Of a stretch of 51,350 bases of DNA, positions 39,134-51,350 are shown piece by piece (positions within the stretch are counted from its first letter, which is position 1; each line of letters begins with the position of its first letter). The stretch comes from Guillardia theta CCMP2712 (lineage: Eukaryota; Protista; Cryptophyta): contig NW_005434462.1 in NCBI RefSeq assembly GCF_000315625.1, positions 1 through 51,350 of the forward strand, given 5' to 3'. The translations under genes and the position numbers were made by a program. The notes under the pieces were generated by a model. That model ran no database searches, was not told the origin of the DNA, and worked only from the letters and a program-made list of their open reading frames with translations.

Positions 39134-42100
39134 ATGCTCATGGGAAGGCGCCTCCCTCGTCCTCCCGCGCTGCGGCAAGGCAAGAGAATATCTCCTCCTC
39201 CATTCCGTTCTCTTAGTTCTTGATGCTGTGATCCCTTGTTAGCTGCTGTGATCCCTTGTGAGCTGTTGTGATCCCTTGTGTTGTCTTATGATATCTTCTC
39301 TCCTCTTCTCTGCTCCTTCTACAATCCTTTCTGCCTCAAAACACATTCTCTCTTTTGTTCAACTTCACTGCTTCTGTCTGGATCCAACGGCTTCAAATGC
39401 TCAATTGTCTTTCAATTTACCTCCTCGTTTGTCGTTCAAGTGTGCATAACAACCGCTCAGCATACCCGCGCCTGCTTTCTCGGCGTGCATTTCATGAGCT
39501 TGCCGGGAGTTCTAACTGGATTACAACAGGATACCGAATGATACAACGGATGATGTCCACTGCAAGTTCAGGTGCGACCTTCAATTACATGCTGGGTATG
39601 TCAATGACCGGCAAGCAGAGAATGTCAGTGTGTCCATGCATGACGACGGAATCGCTGTTGTCTCGCTGGACATCAAGAACTCCAAAGTGAACACCCTGGG
39701 CAAAGCTTTGTTGACGGAGCTGCCGCCGATACTTGAAACCTTGGAGAACGTGGATGTGACCTCCATGTCGCACATTATCTGAGTCATAATTCAGGATCCA
39801 CACGTCAAGAGTGTCATCTTCATTTCGGCAAAGAAGAACAACTTCATCGCGGGAGCAGATATCAACATCTTCGATGAGATTGCTGTTCAGGGAAAAGATG
39901 CGATCAAGAAGCAGGTGCTACCTTGTCCTTGAGGTTCTTTGTGGCCATCACCTCACACTCAATCCAGGTGTGTCAGCTCACTCAGGGATTCTTCGACCGA
40001 ATGGAGAAAGTGCGATTCTAGGTTTTCCTTTGTGAGAGTAGCTGAGCACACACACAGGGAAAAGTGAAAATTGCAGCCATTGATGGAAGCTGCCTCGGTA
40101 GTCGATACTCATGAACCCCAAGTTGCAGTCTAACAAAACTCACAGGCGGTGGTGCAGAATTTGCTCTGGCCTGCCACTACAGGTGAGAAGACAAGTAAGC
40201 TCACGGTCGTGTTGAGATCGAAATAGGATTGCAAGCGTCAATCCTTCGACTGCTATCGGATTTCCTGAGGTTCAAATCTTGAATACATCGATTTTCACAT
40301 AATGATTGCGGCTAGGTCATGCTTGGATTGCTCCCTGGTGCCGGTGGGACGCAACGGTTGCCCAAACTCATTGGCGTCCAGGTGAACGTTGAATGATTAC
40401 CCATGTGAAAGTGATGGCATATTTAGGATGCCCTCCCAATGATCATGACAGGCGGAAGCAAGACTGCTCAACAGGCATGGCTTGCAACACAAGCCAGCGA
40501 ATGTGACAGCGATGCTCTTTTTCTGACAGGCAAAGAAACTCAAATTAGTGGATCAAACCTGCGACCCCGGGCAGGTTCCATCACGTATTTGAGTTTGGAT
40601 AGGGGCTGACGCAAGATGCGACAAAGCTGCTACAATGTGCCTTAGCAACAGCACGACTTCTCAACAAAGGTACGAATTATGCACATTTGTATCATTGCCT
40701 TTCTGCTCGTAGATTTGAATTTCACAAGCAAAACAGGAGAAATGAAACTGCCGAAGCGCGGAGAGTTGCCATGGATGAGCGCTGTAAGAATTCGTTAAAG
40801 AGATTGGTCCCTGACAGAATGCTCAGTACTTCGAAGATGGAATCAAAAGTTATTCTTTCCTTCGCGATTTCTATTTTGGACAAGCTCGCAAAATGGTTGA
40901 AGAATATTTGCACTGCTGTTCAAGTTGATGTCTGAATGGCTTGACGTGCTGCAGGCTCTCAAGCAAACGAACGGAAACTATCCTGCTCCCATCAAGGTAT
41001 CTTGAACGTTGTGAGCCTTGTTGCCTTTTAACGAGCTGTTTCAGATTATTGAAGTCCTTGAGGGAAGTATCGCAAAAAATGCTCTCGGAAAGGATCAGGT
41101 ACTCAGACTTTATTTATTTACATAATTACTATATACTTAAATTGGTTGGGCGCAGGGTTACGAGATGGAGGCCGATGCATTCGCGGAACTAGCTCTTACT
41201 AAAGAAAGTTCGGGGCTTAGGTCTTTATTTTTTGGACAGGTGATCTTGAAATTCCAGAATGTCAACAAGAAGGATTTGACAAAAATTTCCAGACATCTGT
41301 TAAGAAAAATCCATTCTCTGGAGCAATGGACGTGAAGAAGGTCACTGGCAGCTACAAGGTGCCACGGCTAAGTTTGGGTACAGGTGGGTGTGCTTGGTGC
41401 AGGATTGATGGGCTCTGGCATTGCGGAGGTAAATCAAAATTTGACACTGATTTCATTTTGGATTGAAATTGTCCAACAGGTCACCATCGCGAAGGGAGTT
41501 CCAGTAGTTCTCAAAGACGTATCAGCGAAAGGATTGTCAGTTGGGGAAACAAACATTCAAAAGAGCATGCAGGACAAGGTCTTTTTCCTGAGTGAGGTCG
41601 ACTGGTTTGATTTACTATGTTCAACAGGTCAAAAAGAAGCGAATGACCAGTTTCGAAAAAGACGTGACTATGTCCAGACTGATCGGAGTGCACAATGACA
41701 TGTGAAATCCTTCAACCTTGCAGTCAAGTAGCTTCTTGACAATACTTCGTAGGCCTTCTTGGAAGGATCATATCAAGCAGTGTGATCTTGTGGTAGAGGT
41801 GAGCCGCATTCTTTCTCTTCGTGTATGCCAAGATCACCTGACTGGTGCAAAGGCCGTGTTTGAGGATTTGTCCTTGAAGCATAAGATAGTCGAGGAGATG
41901 GAGTCTATTTGCAAGGTGATTTGTCTGCTTTCTCCTAAGGGTCCTTATCCTGCACGGAATCAGCCTGATTGTATCATCGCAACCAACACGTCCTCGTTGC
42001 CGGTGTCTGAGATCGCCAAGTTTTCCTCGAGGTATGGGCGTCAGCGGGCCTGTTCTCTTGCATCACACTTGCATAGACCACACAATATTGTTGGAATGCA

Positions 42101-43521
42101 TTATTTCTCTCCGGTTCCCAAGATGCAGGTGCGTTTCAGGCTGTTTGTCAGATTGTGCTCTGATTGCTTTGTTTGCGTTTAGCTTTTGGAAATCATTCCT
42201 CACGAGACCACGGACGAAAAAGTGCTCATGACTTTGTGTTGAAACTGAATGAGTGCTGAGAAAAGGGACAGGTCATTGCCACTGCTGTCCAGCTGGGACT
42301 CAAACAAGGAAAGCTGCCTATCGTTTGCAAAGACGTTCCTGGGTTCTTCGTGAATCGGTGCAGACTTGAATGATGCTGCGTCAACTCGTTTGACGAGCAT
42401 GTCAGGTGTTTGGGTCCGTACATTGATGAGTCGATGGTACTTGCATTTGAGGTGGATGACATTCTTAAGGTGCTTGTTGCTTCTGCCGACCATCCGTGGT
42501 GATGACCTAATCGTTTTCTCACTTGTAATCTGTAGCTGGACAAAGCTCTCAAGAAGTTCGGCTTCCCTGTCGGCCCTATGGTTGGGTCAAACCGATTGTG
42601 CTTGAACATATCGTAACCATCAAACAGGTGTTGGCTGACGAGGTTGGTGTTGATGTCGCGTTTCATCTTCACAACAACCTCATTCAAGACCTTGGCGTTC
42701 GCATGTGAGAGTATCGTCTGGTTGTTGAGTTTCCTCATACCTCCTTCAGGTCTGGAGCCAACATCGAAGCGATGAAGGCTATCAAGGCTGCGGGCATCAA
42801 GGGCAAGGTTCTCACTCAGATTGCTTTCTGTTATCACGTTTGACGAGGAGCAGAGGTTCGGATGCGGTTTCCTCGTGTATCCTCCCAAGAAGGCCAGGTA
42901 GTACGATTGCACTCTCCTTTGCCTTATCTCATGTTGGTTTGTTGCAGTGGACTTGCTGCCTTGAATCCGTTTGCTTCCAAGCCATCTCCCACTCCCAATC
43001 CCGTGGCGCTTGAGGCGATGAAGCCTTTCATGAAGCCCGGAAAGGCATGAGGTGATGGAAGATGAGTCGTTGAGCTGACCATGCGAATGGTAGATTGATG
43101 AGGAAGAGATCTCGTTGCGAATGAGCGCGAGGTTTATCAATGAGGCAATTTTCTGCCTTCAGGTTCCTCACACCACTACCTGCCAATCTCGTGAAGCTTT
43201 ATCAGGACGGTGTTATCCGCAGCGCACAGGATGGCGATGTGGCTGCCATTTTTGGTGTAGGGTTCCCCCCATTCACCGGAGGACCGGTGAGCTAGCTAAT
43301 GCTGGGGCGTTGTCTGACTTTCAGAAGTTCCGGTATGTCGATCGCATCGGAGTGAGCAAGTACGTCGACGAGCTCAACAGGTGAGCAGAGAACAAGATGA
43401 GAAGAGAGCCAGCAAGAGTAATACAATCATGCGCAGGCTTGCGGACAAGCATGGTGCTCGCTTCAGTCCGGCTCCGCTGCTTGTGGACATGGCAAAGCAG
43501 GGGAAGAAGTTCCACCAGTAA
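39134..43521 (+). CDS. HADHA: Mitochondrial trifunctional enzyme alpha subunit (enoyl-CoA hydratase / 3-hydroxyacyl-CoA dehydrogenase), about 36 introns
   Basis: Spliced motifs [115 protein letters not shown] and [11 protein letters not shown], ending GKKFHQ*. Confidence 0.96.
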
Positions 43522-43575
43522 CGTGCAGTCGACATGAAAGGCAGCGACACTCATTTCAGCTGAAGCTCCTCTATC

Positions 43576-44396
43576 TCACAGCTCACGCTGCTCTCGTGAG
43601 AAATCTGATTTCCCTCCTGTCTTTCGCTCCAGCCTCGTCTCCTTGATCACCTGTGGCACGGCGTTACCGGCTGACCTGTGCGAGCATCTCCTACCATGTC
43701 GTGCGAGAGGGCCTTGCACATGTCATAGACGGTCAGAGCCGCGACACTGCAGGAGGTCAGGAGATGCTGGTAGCGCTCAGCTCAGCTCTACCTCACGCCC
43801 GTCAGCGCCTCCATCTCCACCCCCGTCTTGCCACTAGTCCGAACGGTACACCACAGCTTGAGCTCGTTCTTCCCCACGCGCTCAGCCTCCAGACTGCATC
43901 CCTCGATCATGAGCGGGTGACACAGAGGAATCAGCTCGTGCGTCTTCTTCGCCGCCATCGTTCCGGCTATGATAGCCGTGGCGATCACCGGCCCCTTTCT
44001 ACCCTGCATCTCCCCTGTGCTCTGGTCCAGCAGGCTCATTACTTCGTCAGGGGCCCACAAGAGAGCTGACGCTGTCGCTACTCGCTGGCTCACCTGCTTG
44101 CTTCCAACCTCTACCATCTGCGGCCTTCCCTTCTCGTCCACATGCGTCAGCCCTCTCGTCCCATCTCGTGTCTCCCCATCGTGAGCGCCTGCGCAGAACC
44201 TCCTGCTCCAAGACTGCTGCAACCAACCCCATCCTGCTCGCACTGATGGAACCTGTACACCAACTCCTCGTCTTGCTAGTCCTAATCTTCTGACTTGTCT
44301 TCCACCTCCTCTTCCTCCTCTTCCTCCTCCTCGTGCTGCTGCCTCCGCTGCCTCCACTGCCGCCGATCTTGCACTCGTCCACGCACTGCCAAGCAT
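43576..44396 (-). CDS. moaC: Cyclic pyranopterin monophosphate synthase (MoaC/CNX3) with N-terminal targeting extension
   Basis: LTHVDEKGRPQMVEV, AGTMAAKKTHELIPLCHPL, KTGVEMEALTG; later exons VAALTVYDMCKA and VIKETRLERKTGGKSDF. Confidence 0.95.
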
Positions 44397-44566
44397 TTCG
44401 CTTGCTGCTGCCCCCGAACTAAAATTACCCCACCCCACCCCCTTCCCTTCTACCCCCTACTTTTCTCAGTACCCCATGACATGATATATATTCAGACCCT
44501 ACCCCCCCATTTTAAAAATGTTCAGGTGCTGGACCCCACCCCTCCAATTGCACCGCAGAGGCCACC

Positions 44567-45504
44567 ATGGCGGATACAGGCGAGAACAGCTGCTGCTGCT
44601 GCTGCGAGCTCGTCCTCCTCCTGCTCCCCCTCTTGTCGACTTGTGATATGAAGATCCTCCATGTTCTTCCTCCTCTCCTCCTCGTTCTTCTTGCTCGTTG
44701 CTGACCCTACCCCCGTCATCTCACCTCGCTACTGTAATTCCCAACCCCACTCCTCCTTGCATCCTCCTCCTCCTCCTCCTCCTCCTCCATGTTGCAGTCT
44801 GTCTCACTTGAGCAAAGAGATGTCTCATGCTCGCTCCAGCAGGTCGCTTGCTCTGTTTTCTACTGCTCGCCTTCCTCGCAGTCGCTTCACCTTCCAGCGT
44901 CATGCGCATCAGGTGCTGGCATCCCTCCCCATGGCTGTGAACTCACAAGAAGCAGAGGAGGAGGCGTCACGGACGTTCTTCCTACCAACAAGGAGAAGCT
45001 CCTTCTGACGGAGGCTGATGTGAAGCGCTTGCCTTGGTACCGCAATGACGCACCCGGAAGAGGGGACAAGGAGAGGAAAGGGTGGGGGGAGAGGAAGATA
45101 GTGAGGGAGAGGAGGAGGTGGAGGAGGAGGTAGAAGAGGAAGTTGTAGAAGTAGAAGAAGTAGAAGCAGAAGAAGAGGAAGACGGCGGAGCAGTGGAGGG
45201 ATATGGGGGAGGAAGGAGGAAAGGGATATGGGGGAGGAAGGAGGAAAGGGATATGGGGGAGGAAGGAGGAAAGGGATATGGGGGAGGAAGGAGGAAGGTT
45301 GGATGCTTGGTGAGTGTCGAGCAGGTACTTTGTGCTAGAGATGTCGCCATTGCGGCTGGGGGACACCAAGTATGGGATGCCCTACAGCGGGGGCAAGGTG
45401 AACGTGAGAAACACGTTGTGGGAGAAAGATCCCAAGGCCGCCATGGGCCTCTCGCTCATCGAGGTTGCCAAGGTGACTGATCCTCCTCCTCTCCTTTCTC
45501 CCAT

Positions 45505-45539
<35 letters not shown>

Positions 45540-46069
45540 CTGCAGATGCCGGTGGCCTCAAAGATTCGCAGGATGGAGCAGATCCTTCCTATGCAGAGAA
45601 GCTGCTGCGCATAGGAGCTGACCCCAACTACCCGGTGAGGAGAACAAGGGGATGGGAGGAGAGCAAGGGGATGGCAGTGAAGGAGGGAAGGAGGGGAGGA
45701 GAAGGGTGGTGGTGGTGGTGGTGGAGGAGGGGAAGGGCAGCGGGGGAAGGAGGAGGAGGAGGAAGCTGAGTTCGTGGCAGTGCCCCTACAAGGAGAAGTA
45801 CTCGGCTCTCCATCTGGCGGCCATCAAGGGTCAGACGGAACTTGCAAGGTGAGGGGTGGAGGACAGCTGGGGTTGTTGCTGAGGGAGGCGGAAGGCTGCT
45901 GGTAAAGAGCGGGGGAGACCCGCACAAGCGATGCAAGCTCGGGTCCGCCATGGACCTTGCAAGGTGAGAAGAAGCCCCAGCTGCAGTCGTGCTGAGCCCC
46001 AGCAGGAAATATGGAAACACGGAGACGCTTTCGGCAATGCAAGAGGAGCTCAAGCAGAGGAAGAAGTGA
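44567..46069 (+). CDS. Ankyrin-repeat protein, possibly with a signal peptide; first exon uncertain
   Basis: Exons EKLLRIGADPNYP / YSALHLAAIKGQTELA / LLVKSGGDPH...SAMDLA / RKYGNTETL...KQRKK*. The ATG at 44567 lies in GCCACCATGG. Confidence 0.75.
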
Positions 46070-46131
46070 GAGGAGAAGAGAAGGAGGTTTTATACACGTG
46101 AGATCGCATGCTCGTGACTAGTCGCTGCTCC

Positions 46132-47732
46132 CTATGCGTGTCGCGCCCCTCCGTCTCCTTGTGGACTTGAAACGTGCTGAGGAAAACTATGAGAAAGCGG
46201 AAGGAAGGAGAACGCGGCTGAGATGCAGGAGAGGGAGAGGGAGAGGGAGAGGGAGAGGGAGAGGGAGAGGGAGAGGGAGAGGGAGAGGGAGAGGGAGAGG
46301 GAGGGAGGGAGGGAGGGAGGGAGGTGAGGGAGGGAGGGAGGGAGGGAGGGAGGGAGGGTTCTCCATACCTTCATGTCCTGTAGCTCGACGTGCTTGCTCG
46401 CCGGCTTGGGCGGGAGACCGTAACAGAAGAAGAGAGAGAGTTGCGCCATAACTGCGAGCAGAGCGACGAAGTTGGGGGCCCAGACATAGAGGTCTCGCGC
46501 GACGAGAACTGCATCCTCATCATGGAGGGCAGTGGAGAAGACACCGCACAAGGTAGACGGGAGGAGGAATAAACGTAGTAGAGGGAACGTAGTAGAGGGA
46601 AGGAGGAGGAGAGACTGGAGAGAGGAGGGAGGAGGAGGAGGAGGAGGAGGAGGAGGAGGAGAGAGGTTGATGAGAATCTTCCACCTCCATAGAGGGTCCA
46701 CACGGAGCAGGAGAGGAAGGAAGCTACAGTGAAGCCAACCTGCGGGAGGTGAGTGGGAGGTTTCATCTTCATCCCCTCGCACTCACCGACATGGCGGCGG
46801 TTGACTTGGTGGCGAAGACATCCCGGATGACGACGAGCGGCGAGGAAGACATGAGGACCTGGAGAGGATCAGGCGGGAGGAGACAGTGGAGGGGAGGGGG
46901 AGGAGCAAGGAGTGAGTGAGTGAGTGAGTGAGATGGGAGGGAAGGAGGGAGGAGGAGGAGCAAGGCACCTGCACTAGAGATCCGATCTGACCTGCAGGAA
47001 ATGTTACCTCCGGCAAGTTGAAGAGGAGGAAGAAGGGAAGGAAGCGGCGTGGAAGAGGAAGAGGAAGAGGAGAAGAGAGTATTAACCGATCATGTCAATG
47101 GCTTCCGGGCGAGGCAGGAGGAAGGCAGCAACAACAGCAGAGGTGGTTACAACGACGCCTCCAAGCACGTAGATCTCGGAGGAGGAGGAGGAGCGTTGGT
47201 AGCGAGAGAAGATGAGGAGGTAGACGACGCCGCAGATGGTGGAGAAGAAGTTTGGGACGCACATGGTCACGTCTTGAGTGAGGATGCCGTAGGCGAGCCA
47301 CAGGGAGCCGTTGACGCTCATCATCGTGTAGGGGAGGGGAGAGAGCTTTCCTGTCGAACCCATCTCCCTGATCCTCCTCATGGCCTCCAGCGGGGAGAGC
47401 GCAACCAGCACCGACATGACGGGAGGGAGGATCCTGAGGAGGAGGAGGAAGAAACTCTTGAGCTGCAGGTACGCCTCGAGCACGTAGAGCTCCTCCACCT
47501 CCTCCACATCCTCCACAGTGCCGAACAAGTTGGTAATGCGCCAATGGGGACGCCAGCGGGAAACCGCGAGTACGAAGATGAAGAGGATGAAGGCAGCGGC
47601 AGCTGTCTTCATACCAAAGGACAGGATGCTCAGATCTCCTGCTTGCGCGGTCGAGCTCTCGATCTTCTCCTCCTCCTCCTTCTCCATCTTTCGATGCGGA
47701 GGTTCACTCAAGCTCGATGCCTCGGCCACCAT
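46132..47732 (-). CDS. SWEET: SWEET (MtN3/saliva) sugar transporter
   Basis: SPLEAMRRIREMGSTGKLSPLPY...NGSLWLAYG...VPN, and a second repeat SPLVVIRDVFATKSTAAMS...VWTLYG...DLYVWAPN. Confidence 0.93.
46229..46357. repeat. (GAGAGG)n/(GGGA)n repeat in a SWEET intron
   Basis: Visible. Confidence 0.9.
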
Positions 47733-48079
47733 AGCGGGACGGAGAGGGGGGTGGGGGGTGGGGGGTCAGTGCTGGAGGCTGGTGCTACATGCTGAGCCGC
47801 ACAACTATGCCGGCATCCGCCTCCTGCTGCTGTTGACAAGAGAAGGGCCCATGACCTGCGGCGAGAGGTAAGTGAGCACAAGAGCTCGATGCTCGTGATC
47901 CCCAATAGCTCACAGAGCTGTTGATCACTCTTCTCTTCATCCTCCTCTTCCTCATCTTATGCCCCTCCTGTCTGATCTCATGCATCGTTGATTAGTTGTA
48001 CACCTCCCTCCTCTCTTCTCGCCTTCCTCCTTGCTCCTCCTTTCTGTTTGCTTCCTTTCATTACCCGCTCCTGCACCTC

Positions 48080-48124
<45 letters not shown>

Positions 48125-49197
48125 CCCCTGTTCTATCTTTCGTCTCTTCACAGCATGTCTCCATTGGGAACTTCGACATTGCAGGTAGGGGTATGTACCC
48201 TACCTCATAAAGGCCTGCATTTATGTGGTAAAAGGAGGGTAGTCCGACTTATTTCTCGATCTCCTGGTGGGGTCCGGCAATCTCGACAGTTAGACCCGGC
48301 AGTCACTCACCGGTCACTTGCCCGGGCCCGGGCAATCCGTGAGAGGGGTGGAGATGAGGCAGCAAATAAAGTTATAGTAGATACATTTGCTGCCCCATAT
48401 TTCTGCTACTTGCTAAAGCGAGGCAGGCTTTTTTCATATGTGAATCACCCCACATGGTGTACCCACCCAAAGCAGAGGGGTACCCCACAGAAGACTATCA
48501 GAAGATCGGGCGCACTTAGAGTACCCCCTTTTTGGTCAGTGATTTACCCCACCCCATAATGATAGTCCTCTAAAAAACACCCCACCCTCATAATTACCAA
48601 TTGTTTTGACCCCCACCCACCTTTAATCTTTCGATCTCAAGGAAAATTGCCCCTATATCAGAGGTTCAATCACACCCCCACCCTACTATTGTCCATGTGC
48701 AATTCTTGCTACCCCCTCAAAATTTTGTTGCATCACCCTACCCTGACAATTGTATCGTTCAAGTACCCCACCCCGAGCAGAATTTTTTCCACCCCATGCC
48801 AATGACCACCCCCACCCATCATATTCCTCGTTTTTGCAGGCACCCGGTCATCTTGTTCTTCGAACACCATGGTCGCGTAGCTTTTGACTATGTCCTGCTC
48901 TGTTCGCTCCTGCCCTCCCTCCTCGTCTCCCTCTCCTCTTCCCTCCTCCCTCCCTCCTCATCACTCTCCTTCTCGCCCCGATCCTTTCTCAGCGTCTTTC
49001 CTATTCTTTGCCTCCCTCCTTTCCTTCTCACCTGCCTCCCGCTTCTCCCTCTCGCATCGAGCCTCTCGCCCGGTCTCCTTCAGCTCCGCCTGAACCTTTT
49101 GTGCCGAAGAGCGCTGAGCATGTCCGGCAGCTGGAGGTCAGGGATGGAGATGTAGAGTCTCTGCTGAAGGGCATCTCTCAGCCAAGGACGATAAAGA

Positions 49198-51350
49198 ATG
49201 AAAATCCTTCTCCTCCTCTTACTCTCATGCTTTCCGGCGCTATCAGACCATCTTCTAGTGCGGGATGAGGCCTCGTCAGCTGTTCCTCCAAATCTTCATG
49301 CGTTGTTTGCTCAGCCTTCTCTCCGCAACATCGCAAGCAGCAAAAGCGCCCAATGGTCTCAGCTCAAGCCTCGTCAGCTTGCAGCTGCAGACAAGGAGAT
49401 CGCATGTCCCATGAGAGTGCGGGGAGGGATGTCGTTAAGGCGCGGGCAGGTGCTTGTGTGTCTTGCTGTCTGTGTGCTCGTGACGGTTCTGCTGCTCAAG
49501 GTCATCAACTTCATGACGGGGGAGCCGGTGGAGGAGGTTGAGTTCGAGGACATTGGTGCTGTCCATTGCTCCCTTGCACCTTCCGTAACGTCTTGTCGTA
49601 GATTCAGAGGAGGACATGCGCGGAGCAGTGCCTGTGGACTGGCTGCCAAGAGGAAGCTTCTTGCTGCCGGAAGAGAGGAGGATGCTCAACGAGTAAGCTC
49701 CGACCGCTGATGCTCTTGTGTGATGGGCTGCTGCAGCTACGACGCCGAGGACGAGGCGACTTCGCCTCCTCCGGTGCCCGCGGAGGATCAAAACTCGACG
49801 AGCGGAAGCCTGACGATGAAGATGCTGCGCAAGGTTGTTGAGTGGGGTCGAAACTTTCAGTCCTCCTCCACCTCACCGGCGGAGGCCCGTCAGCTGCTTC
49901 CCCGCCTCCTCCAGGGCCTCAGGCTGTCAAGCCTCGGATGCTTTGGTGGGGCTGCTGAGAAGCAGACGAGCAGACGAGCAGAGGATGGAGCAGACGGGAG
50001 GACGAAGCTTGGCGAGCAGGAGTCCGAGGAGGAGGAGCCGAGGAAAGAGATCTGGGACGGGGACAACATCGCTGTGCTCAACGACCCTCTCGACCTGCGG
50101 GGGGTTCGACGAGACTTGCTGAGCAAGAAAGAGATTCTCAACGTGACTGAGCGAGTCGAGGAGGTGCGAGCAACCTGAGTCGACATGGCTGACTGACGGC
50201 AGATGATCGCCGACTACTACGGCGAGTACTTCCCCGAGTTCGAAGCCTTTCTTGGTCAATGCCACAGGTCTCCGAACCTTGACAGCCTGTTAACGGTCTT
50301 GACCTGCTCTGCCTCTCCTCGGACAGGATGAGGAAAGTTCTGATGGCGGTGGGGGATGAGGAGCCGACTGAAGTCTCTCGGAATATCTTAGAGTCACTGG
50401 TGATACATGATTGCTGTTGCTCCTCCTCCTCCTCCTCCTCCTCGCCCCCCCACCAGATCTCTCACTGACGAGTTTGATCAGCACAAGGCGATTACTGCAG
50501 CTGAACAGAATCTGAAGCTCATGCTCATGCCCTTCGGTATCGATCACAGGCAAGTGAAGGGGCAGGAGGAGGAGGAGGAGGAGGAGGAGGAGGAGGAGGA
50601 GGAGGAGGAGGAGGGAGGAGGAGGAGGAGGANNNNNNNNNNNNNNNNNNNNNNNNNNNNNNNNNNNNNNNNNNNNNNNNNNNNNNNNNNNNNNNNNNNNN
50701 NNNNNNNNNNNNNNNNNNNNNNNNNNNNNNNTGGAGGAGGAGGAGGAGGAGAGAAGTTCCGAGGAGGAGTTGGCTAGTAGTTGGGTGGTAAAAGGTCGCG
50801 ACGAAGCTGAGGAGAAGCACAGGCTGCTCTGTTCCTGCGTGCCGATCCGACCGAAGGCGATGGAGAGGCTGACGGAGATCACGTCGGAGATCTCCGCGCT
50901 GCTGGAGGAAGGGGCTGACCTCCTGCTGGTACTGCCTGCCCCCGCCTCTGCTGCTGGTTGACTTGACCGCCAGGTTGACTTCGCGCCCGTGGGGTTCTCT
51001 CAGCTTGTCAAGCACAGGCAGGCGCGGGCCAGCTGGCGGAGGGTAAGCAGGAGGGGAGCTGGGGAGGCTGAGCAGGAGTAGAGCTGGGGTAGCTGATGAC
51101 GTGGCAGGAGTGCGGGGCGCACTCGGTCGCCGGGCACAAGAGGAAGGTGAGAAAGGCGGTGAGAGACGCGCTGCTGCACGAGAGGAACAAGGTGAGGGGA
51201 CGAGGGCCCTCCTTCCCCAGCTGAGTTCCTGCTGGAGTTGTCAAAGAGCAGCGAGCTGCTCCCCCCAGCTGTGGCGGTGGAGGAGGTTGACATCCCCTGC
51301 TACGTGCTCGACAGCATCGTTGAGGTGAAGTTGCTGGTGTGAGCTGAGGA
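49198..51350 (+). CDS. Hypothetical protein with signal peptide and VRGG motif, multi-exon, runs off the window end
   Basis: MKILLLLLLSCFPALS leader; exons such as VINFMTGEPVEEVEFEDI, EIWDGDNIAVLNDPLDLRG and MIADYYGEYFPEFEAFL bounded by GT-AG. Confidence 0.6.

Noticed and set aside
42226-43140. 304-aa antisense ORF
   Set aside because: Lies opposite well-supported HADHA exons and has no motifs.

Overview
Gene-dense, GC-rich eukaryotic nuclear DNA with very short (about 45-55 nt) spliceosomal introns, many microsatellites and five N gaps. It looks like a cryptophyte alga (Guillardia theta-like), which is an inference from intron style, composition and a bipartite plastid-targeting signal. Genes reconstructed by manual splicing, in order: PDK/BCKDK-type kinase (partial), VPS36, a giant secreted Ig-repeat/REJ protein, a TPR protein, a Crinkler/RHS-type NTPase+REase gene, hypothetical proteins, a cNMP-binding/DH-like/PH protein, PP2C, HADHA (about 36 introns), MoaC, an ankyrin protein, a SWEET transporter and a partial secreted protein. 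The most unusual part is 19.7-25.8 kb. There a signal-peptide/LRGG-headed Crinkler-like gene is followed at once by a 3.9-kb nest of one RLE-type non-LTR retrotransposon, whose 3' tip occurs 11 times in both orientations, including 17-25 bp micro-insertions into its own body. Exon boundaries were set by eye and are approximate.
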